Source of the DNA: a virus
Length of the DNA stretch: 10,398 nucleotides
UHGV virus genome: UHGV-0267725
Reading direction: 5' to 3' (one strand)
The notes below the pieces were generated by a model. It had not been told where the DNA came from and searched no databases. It worked only from the letters and a program-made list of their open reading frames with translations. Of this stretch, positions 6,759 to 10,398 are shown in pieces (within the stretch, counting starts at the first letter, position 1; each line of letters opens with the position of its first letter). The position numbers and the translations under genes were made by a program.

Positions 6759-7808
6759 ATGGCCAATACTGTAAAAATATCCAGTTGTGAGTTAATCAAC
6801 GCTGATTGCCTGGAATTTATCCAGACCTTACCGGAAAATTCTGTCGATCTGATAGTCACAGACCCGCCATACTTTAAAGTGAAGCCCGAGGGCTGGGATA
6901 ACCAGTGGAAGGGCGACGATGATTACCTGCAATGGCTGGAGCAGTGTCTGGCGCAGTTCTGGCGGGTACTGAAGCCTGCCGGAAGTCTTTACCTGTTCTG
7001 TGGTCATCGCCTGGCATCTGACACCGAAATCATGATGCGTGAGCGCTTTAATGTGCTGAACCACATTATCTGGGCGAAGCCGTCCGGACGCTGGAACGGA
7101 TGCAACAAGGAAAGCCTGCGGGCGTATTTCCCCGCCACAGAGCGCATTCTGTTCGCGGAACATTATCAGGGGCCGTATCGTCCGAAAGATGCCGGGTATG
7201 CGGCGAAGGGCAGTGCACTGAAACAGCATGTGATGGCCCCGCTGATTGCTTACTTTCGTGATGCGCGAGCTGCCCTGGGGATAACGGCAAAACAGATTGC
7301 AGATGCCACAGGAAAGAAAAACATGGTGTCGCACTGGTTCAGTGCCAGTCAGTGGCAGCTACCGAACGAAAGCGATTATCTGAAATTACAGTCGCTGTTT
7401 GCCCGGGTGGCAGAAGAGAAACATCAGCGCGGTGAACTGGAAAAGCCCCACCACCAGCTGGTGGATACGTATACGTCACTGAACCGGCAGTATGTGGAGC
7501 TGCAGAGTGAATATAAGCATCTGCGGCGGTATTTTGGTGTGACGGCGCAGGTGCCGTACACGGATGTGTGGACACATAAACCGGTGCAGTTCTATCCCGG
7601 GAAACATCCGTGCGAAAAACCGGCAGAAATGCTGCAGCAGATAATCAGCGCAAGCAGTCGTCCGGGTGACCTGGTTGCAGATTTTTTTATGGGCTCAGGT
7701 TCAACGGTAAAAGCTGCACTGGCGCTCGGGCGTCGTGCGATTGGCGTTGAACTGGAGACCGGACGTTTTGAGCAGACAGTCAGGGAAGTTCAGGATTTAA
7801 TCGTTTGA
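6759..7808 (+). CDS. DNA amino-methyltransferase, beta class (N6-adenine or N4-cytosine), 349 aa, orphan
   Basis: Motif IV DPPY (LIVTDPPYF) lies near the N-terminus and motif I FxGxGS (DLVADFFMGSGSTVKAALALGRRAIGVE) near the C-terminus. This motif order defines the beta class. No restriction endonuclease candidate is adjacent. Confidence 0.9.
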   Translation: MANTVKISSCELINADCLEFIQTLPENSVDLIVTDPPYFKVKPEGWDNQWKGDDDYLQWLEQCLAQFWRVLKPAGSLYLFCGHRLASDTEIMMRERFNVLNHIIWAKPSGRWNGCNKESLRAYFPATERILFAEHYQGPYRPKDAGYAAKGSALKQHVMAPLIAYFRDARAALGITAKQIADATGKKNMVSHWFSASQWQLPNESDYLKLQSLFARVAEEKHQRGELEKPHHQLVDTYTSLNRQYVELQSEYKHLRRYFGVTAQVPYTDVWTHKPVQFYPGKHPCEKPAEMLQQIISASSRPGDLVADFFMGSGSTVKAALALGRRAIGVELETGRFEQTVREVQDLIV

Positions 7809-7857
7809 AACGGATGATATTGAAGAATTAATTACGCGTCGTTATTATGCGGCTCCC

Positions 7858-7933
7858 GGCCCTTTAGCTCAGTGGTGAGAGCGAGCGACTCATAATCGCC
7901 AGGTCGCTGGTTCAAATCCAGCAAGGGCCACCA
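7858..7933 (+). tRNA. ileZ: tRNA with anticodon CAU, Ile2 (lysidine) type, ileZ-like; 76 nt
   Basis: I folded the cloverleaf by hand: acceptor GGCCCTT/AAGGGCC, D-stem GCTC/GAGC, anticodon loop CTCATAA, T-arm GCTGG-TTCAAAT-CCAGC, discriminator A, encoded CCA. The sequence closely resembles E. coli tRNA-Ile2 as I recall it. Confidence 0.9.
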
Positions 7934-7934
7934 A

Positions 7935-8011
7935 CCGCCATTAGCTCATCGGGATAGAACGCCAGCCTTCGAAGCTGGTTTCGCGGGGTTCGAGTCTCCG
8001 ATGGCGGTCCA
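7935..8011 (+). tRNA. argN: tRNA-Arg, anticodon UCG, argN-like; 77 nt
   Basis: Acceptor CCGCCAT/ATGGCGG, anticodon stem CCAGC/GCTGG with loop CTTCGAA, T-arm CGGGG-TTCGAGT-CTCCG with one G-U pair, encoded CCA. The D-stem has one mismatch. Confidence 0.88.
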
Positions 8012-8024
8012 TTATCGGTATTCT

Positions 8025-8101
8025 GCGTTGTTAGCTCAGCCGGACAGAGCAATTGCCTTCTAAGCAATCGGTCACTGGTTCGAATCCAGTACAACGCACC
8101 A
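8025..8101 (+). tRNA. argO: tRNA-Arg, anticodon UCU, argO-like; 77 nt
   Basis: Acceptor GCGTTGT/ACAACGC, anticodon stem ATTGC/GCAAT with loop CTTCTAA, T-arm ACTGG-TTCGAAT-CCAGT, discriminator A, encoded CCA. Confidence 0.9.
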
Positions 8102-8270
8102 CACTTATTTTCCCTCGCTCGCTTTTGCGGACCTTTTTTGTATCCGCACCACGCCCGGCGCATACCAACCACAGAGCCTTTCGGGGGGAGCTTATGGAGT
8201 GGTCAGTGTGACTTTCTCTGTGGGCAGATCGCTCCCGGGCGTTGGCTCCCCCACCCAAAGAAACGTCACG

Positions 8271-8689
8271 ATGTTTGGTATTTTTGGTAAAAAGGCCCGC
8301 AGAGCGGCAACGGAAATTAAAAAGTTTTAAAAACGCGATCTGGCACAGGCGGTGATTAACGCCGCATACCTGGTGGCTTGTGCAGGTGGTGAGTGAGGCT
8401 TCCGATCGAACAGGTACTGCGTAATCAGCCAGCGCTGTCCGCGTTTACGTCAGAAATTAATGCGATGAGCGCAACCATTATCGGTCAGCTGGATACGAAC
8501 TTTAAAATTGGTCGTCGTGCGGCGTTACGTGAGATCGAGGATGTGAAACACGATACGCGTGAAGCGGAAGATGTGCTGGATGTGGCGGTGGCCATTGCGG
8601 AGGCAGACGGCGAAATTGAGCCGGAAGAGCGCAAGGTGCTGGAAGAGATTGCCGGTGTTCTGGGTCTTCGTATGGATAATCACCTGTGA
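8271..8689 (+). pseudogene. Decayed TerB-like (tellurite-resistance TerB family) gene; the 3' part (GTG 8393-8689, 98 aa) remains an intact ORF
   Basis: The reading is interrupted twice. ATG 8271 gives MFGIFGKKARRAATEIKKF and hits TAA at 8328-8330. The same frame continues as KRDLAQAVINAAYLVACAGGE and stops at TGA 8394-8396. A second frame, shifted relative to the first, then carries ...AEDVLDVAVAIAEADGEIEPEERKVLEEIAGVLGL to 8689. The two A-x-ADGE-type segments look like the two halves of a TerB fold split by a premature stop and a frameshift near 8390. Confidence 0.45.
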
Positions 8690-8853
8690 CGGTAAAACTG
8701 CGCCTGGTTGTGGCTGCACTCCTGCTGTTTCTGGTGGTGATGGTGGATTTCACCAGCAGAATCATGTCGGTGCTGGCGGATGGGGTGCTGGTCTGCGGCA
8801 TTGTGGTATTGCTGTGGCCGGTGATAAAAAGAAACAGCCTGCATAATGCTTGA
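8686..8853 (+). CDS. Candidate small membrane protein (55 aa, two hydrophobic segments)
   Basis: GTG 8686 overlaps the TerB-like ORF stop (GTGA); stop TGA 8851-8853. Translation is VTVKLRLVVAALLLFLVVMVDFTSRIMSVLADGVLVCGIVVLLWPVIKRNSLHNA. There is no SD, so translation would depend on coupling. It is below the ORF-track size cutoff. Confidence 0.35.
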   Translation: MTVKLRLVVAALLLFLVVMVDFTSRIMSVLADGVLVCGIVVLLWPVIKRNSLHNA

Positions 8854-9068
8854 TTTTTTTGTTTACTGTTTATTAAAAACACTTCTGCATGGTGAATCCC
8901 CCTGTGCGGAGGGGCGACTGGTGTAGGTAGCATTTATTATGTTATAGGCAAGCCGACGCGGGTTCAGTGACACCGGCTGAATTCACCGGGAGGCACCCGG
9001 CACCATGCGCTGCAACAAAAGTGTTATTTCTGTTTTTCTCAAACTATCATCGTTATCCCTTTATTTCC

Positions 9069-9095
9069 GGCTGCGCATGGCGCGGCCTTTTTTTT
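9069..9095 (+). terminator. Rho-independent terminator inside the long non-coding stretch
   Basis: An 8-bp stem GGCTGCGC (9069-9076) pairs with GCGCGGCC (9080-9087) with one G-U pair, around the loop ATG, followed by 8 T (9088-9095). Confidence 0.7.
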
Positions 9096-9276
9096 ACGAC
9101 CAGCCACTGGCAGATGGTCATCCTGTGATTTGATTCCGGTTCCGGCTTTTTAACTCTGTTCCTGTACACGGGAGAAATTCGATGTCGATTAATCGTTATG
9201 ATATTGGTTACACGAAGTACCACGTATGGTGTTGAGATAAAAAGCCTGGTGCCAGAGGTAAATGCAGCAGCATCAT

Positions 9277-9325
9277 AAAAAAAGAGCCAGCGCAGAAGAG
9301 AACGGGTAAAAGAGTCTGCGCTGGC
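9277..9325 (-). terminator. Candidate minus-strand terminator / 11-bp perfect inverted repeat
   Basis: GCCAGCGCAGA (9286-9296) and TCTGCGCTGGC (9315-9325) are perfect inverted repeats separated by 18 nt. On the minus strand the hairpin is followed by TCTTTTTTT (complement of 9277-9285). The loop is long for a classic terminator, so this could instead be a protein-binding site. Confidence 0.4.
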
Positions 9326-9504
9326 GTGGGGATATTCCCCGTGGAGAAATGATATGTAACACACATCGGGAACCTTTCTATATAAACATTATCATTATTG
9401 TCAATCATAACAGTCAGGTATTATGACGTTTATGCCTCAGGGACATCAGGAATTAACTGGTGGCTTTTTATTGTTGTCAGCTTCCGGATAACGGGAGACG
9501 GGGT

Positions 9505-9720
9505 ATGGACCAGATGGAAAAAATCACAACAGGTGTGTCATACACCACTTCAGCGGTGGGGACGGGATACTGGCTACTGCAGTTGCTGGACAAAGTCTCC
9601 CCATCCCAGTGGGTGGCAATAGGTGTATTGGGTAGCCTGGTGTTTGGCCTGCTGACGTATCTGACAAACCTTTATTTCAAGATTAAAGAAGACAAGCGTA
9701 AGGCTGCACGGGGAGAGTAA
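9505..9720 (+). CDS. S: Class II holin, phage 21 S-type pinholin with dual start (71 aa antiholin from ATG 9505, 68 aa holin from ATG 9514)
   Basis: GGGAGA (9493-9498) precedes ATG 9505. Translation [71 protein letters not shown] has the Met1/Met4 dual-start motif, two transmembrane segments and a basic C-terminus. It is near-identical in pattern to S21/EssD as I recall it. Confidence 0.9.
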   Translation: MDQMEKITTGVSYTTSAVGTGYWLLQLLDKVSPSQWVAIGVLGSLVFGLLTYLTNLYFKIKEDKRKAARGE

Positions 9721-9724
9721 TTCA

Positions 9725-9943
9725 ATGACTCAAAACTATGAACTGATTGTGAAAGGGACCCGCAATTTTGAGAATAAAGTTACGGTAATCTTAACGTTAC
9801 AGGACAAAGAACGTTTTGCCGGTGAAATTTTTGATCTGAACATCAACCTTGAGCGACTTGAAGGAGCTGGTTTGGATTATTATGAAGTTACTGCGGTAAA
9901 ACATGCCAAACAGTTCTTGAGAGATTTGGCTGAAAAAATATAA
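9725..9943 (+). CDS. Hypothetical protein (72 aa), AT-rich gene directly after the holin
   Basis: ATG 9725 is 7 nt after GGGAGAG (9711-9717). Translation is MTQNYELIVKGTRNFENKVTVILTLQDKERFAGEIFDLNINLERLEGAGLDYYEVTAVKHAKQFLRDLAEKI. GC is about 37% by my hand count. There is no SAR or transmembrane segment, so it is not an endolysin. Confidence 0.6.
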   Translation: MTQNYELIVKGTRNFENKVTVILTLQDKERFAGEIFDLNINLERLEGAGLDYYEVTAVKHAKQFLRDLAEKI

Positions 9944-9962
9944 AGCGGCATTACTGCCGCTT
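9943..9962. terminator. Bidirectional terminator between the convergent genes
   Basis: Perfect 8-bp palindromic stem AAGCGGCA (9943-9950) / TGCCGCTT (9955-9962) around the loop TTAC. On the minus strand it is followed by TTTATATTTTTT. On the + strand the downstream T-tract is weaker. Confidence 0.55.
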
Positions 9963-9967
9963 AGAAA

Positions 9968-10264
9968 TTATTCAATGTCTGGTAGCTTATCAAAGATTTC
10001 GGATACTCTTATATTTGTCATATAAGCAAATTGAGATTCTGCCAGCTCTTTGGGTGATTTTCCCGCTTTTTCTGAGCCAAAAATTGTTTCTAAAGCCAGC
10101 ATGTTATATTTGAGAACCTCTTCTCGAGTTTTACCTGATAATTTTGCGGTAACAGCAATATAAAAAGGCAACACTTTATCCAGAAGGTCGTTGTGTTTTG
10201 TCAGTTGTGGTAATACCACATCAAGTTGCTTACTGATTGGTTTGAATGGATCTATACCGTTCAT
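9968..10264 (-). CDS. Hypothetical protein (98 aa), AT-rich, convergent with the upstream gene
   Basis: Minus-strand ATG (complement of 10262-10264) has SD AAGGGA about 9 nt upstream. Translation MNGIDPFKPISKQLDVVLPQLTKHNDLLDKVLPFYIAVTAKLSGKTREEVLKYNMLALETIFGSEKAGKSPKELAESQFAYMTNIRVSEIFDKLPDIE is soluble and Lys/Glu-rich. The stop at 9968 is followed by the terminator at 9943-9962. Confidence 0.65.
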   Translation of the reverse strand: MNGIDPFKPISKQLDVVLPQLTKHNDLLDKVLPFYIAVTAKLSGKTREEVLKYNMLALETIFGSEKAGKSPKELAESQFAYMTNIRVSEIFDKLPDIE

Positions 10265-10398
10265 AGTTACATTCCCTTATCAGAGGTAATCAGCCATCCC
10301 GCCTTTATTACATACGCCAGTATCCACCACTGACGGGCTGAGTGCTTAACATATCTAGAGATTAGAAACTGATAAATCCTGATAAATATCCATGAATG

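Larger units (their letters stand above)
1..10398. mobile_element. Segment of a lambdoid prophage (nin region, Q, tRNA cluster, start of lysis cassette); prophage ends not in window
   Basis: Gene order on the + strand matches the lambdoid late region: RusA-like resolvase, Q-position gene with terminator, ileZ/argN/argO-type tRNAs, S21-type holin. Many genes are short and joined by ATGA/GTGA overlaps, as in phage nin regions. No integrase or att site was found in the window. Confidence 0.85.

Noticed and set aside
6550-6774. 74-aa + strand ORF overlapping the methyltransferase start
   Set aside because: Different frame, no RBS, overlaps both the better small wHTH ORF (6429-6608) and the methyltransferase start.
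6828-7334. 168-aa minus-strand ORF (and 7066-7290, 7339-7575) inside the methyltransferase gene
   Set aside because: Antisense to a gene with unambiguous methyltransferase motifs; typical shadow ORFs in GC-rich coding sequence.
8102-8270. Possible stx remnant or terminator directly after the third tRNA
   Set aside because: Only a weak hairpin (TGCGGA...TCCGCA) without a U-tract, and no reading frame I could relate to a toxin gene; a search is needed before claiming anything.
8502-8933. 143-aa minus-strand ORF and 95-aa + strand ORF (8559-8846) across the TerB-like region
   Set aside because: Pro/His/Arg-rich and Trp/Arg-rich low-complexity translations with no RBS; the alternative frames give a TerB-like sequence and a clean hydrophobic peptide.
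9053-9408. Minus-strand ORFs 9053-9364 and 9208-9408 in the non-coding stretch
   Set aside because: They span terminator hairpins and AT-rich promoter-like DNA, and the translations are not protein-like; the region is better explained as regulatory or RNA-coding.
1-10398. CRISPR array, integrase, att sites or IS elements
   Set aside because: No regularly spaced direct repeats, no tyrosine or serine recombinase-like ORF, and no terminal inverted repeats were seen in the window.

Overview
This window reads as one contiguous stretch of a lambdoid (Stx-phage-like) prophage from an E. coli-type host, running from the nin region to the start of the lysis cassette. All calls come from reading the sequence and the supplied ORF track; no searches were run, so every family name is recalled from memory and needs a homology check. 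In order: (1) the 3' end of an upstream gene, then short + strand genes linked by overlapping stop/start codons (a winged-helix protein, an HTH protein, a DUF4406/nucleoside-deoxyribosyltransferase-like protein, a Cys-rich protein, a DUF551-like protein and two small ORFs); (2) a ParD-ParE toxin-antitoxin pair on the opposite strand, closed by a bidirectional terminator; (3) a DUF968/HNH-like protein, RusA resolvase and a Q-position gene followed by a strong terminator; (4) an orphan beta-class DNA amino-methyltransferase; (5) the tRNA triplet typical of Stx phages (CAU, UCG, UCU anticodons) but no stx genes, with a decayed TerB-like gene and a small membrane ORF in the cargo slot; (6) about 650 bp of structured non-coding DNA with terminators on both strands; (7) a dual-start S21-type pinholin; (8) an AT-rich convergent gene pair where the endolysin would be expected. 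No CRISPR array, integrase or att site was seen. The strongest candidates for something undescribed are the AT-rich pair after the holin, the orphan methyltransferase with its possible small regulator, and the structured non-coding region upstream of the holin.
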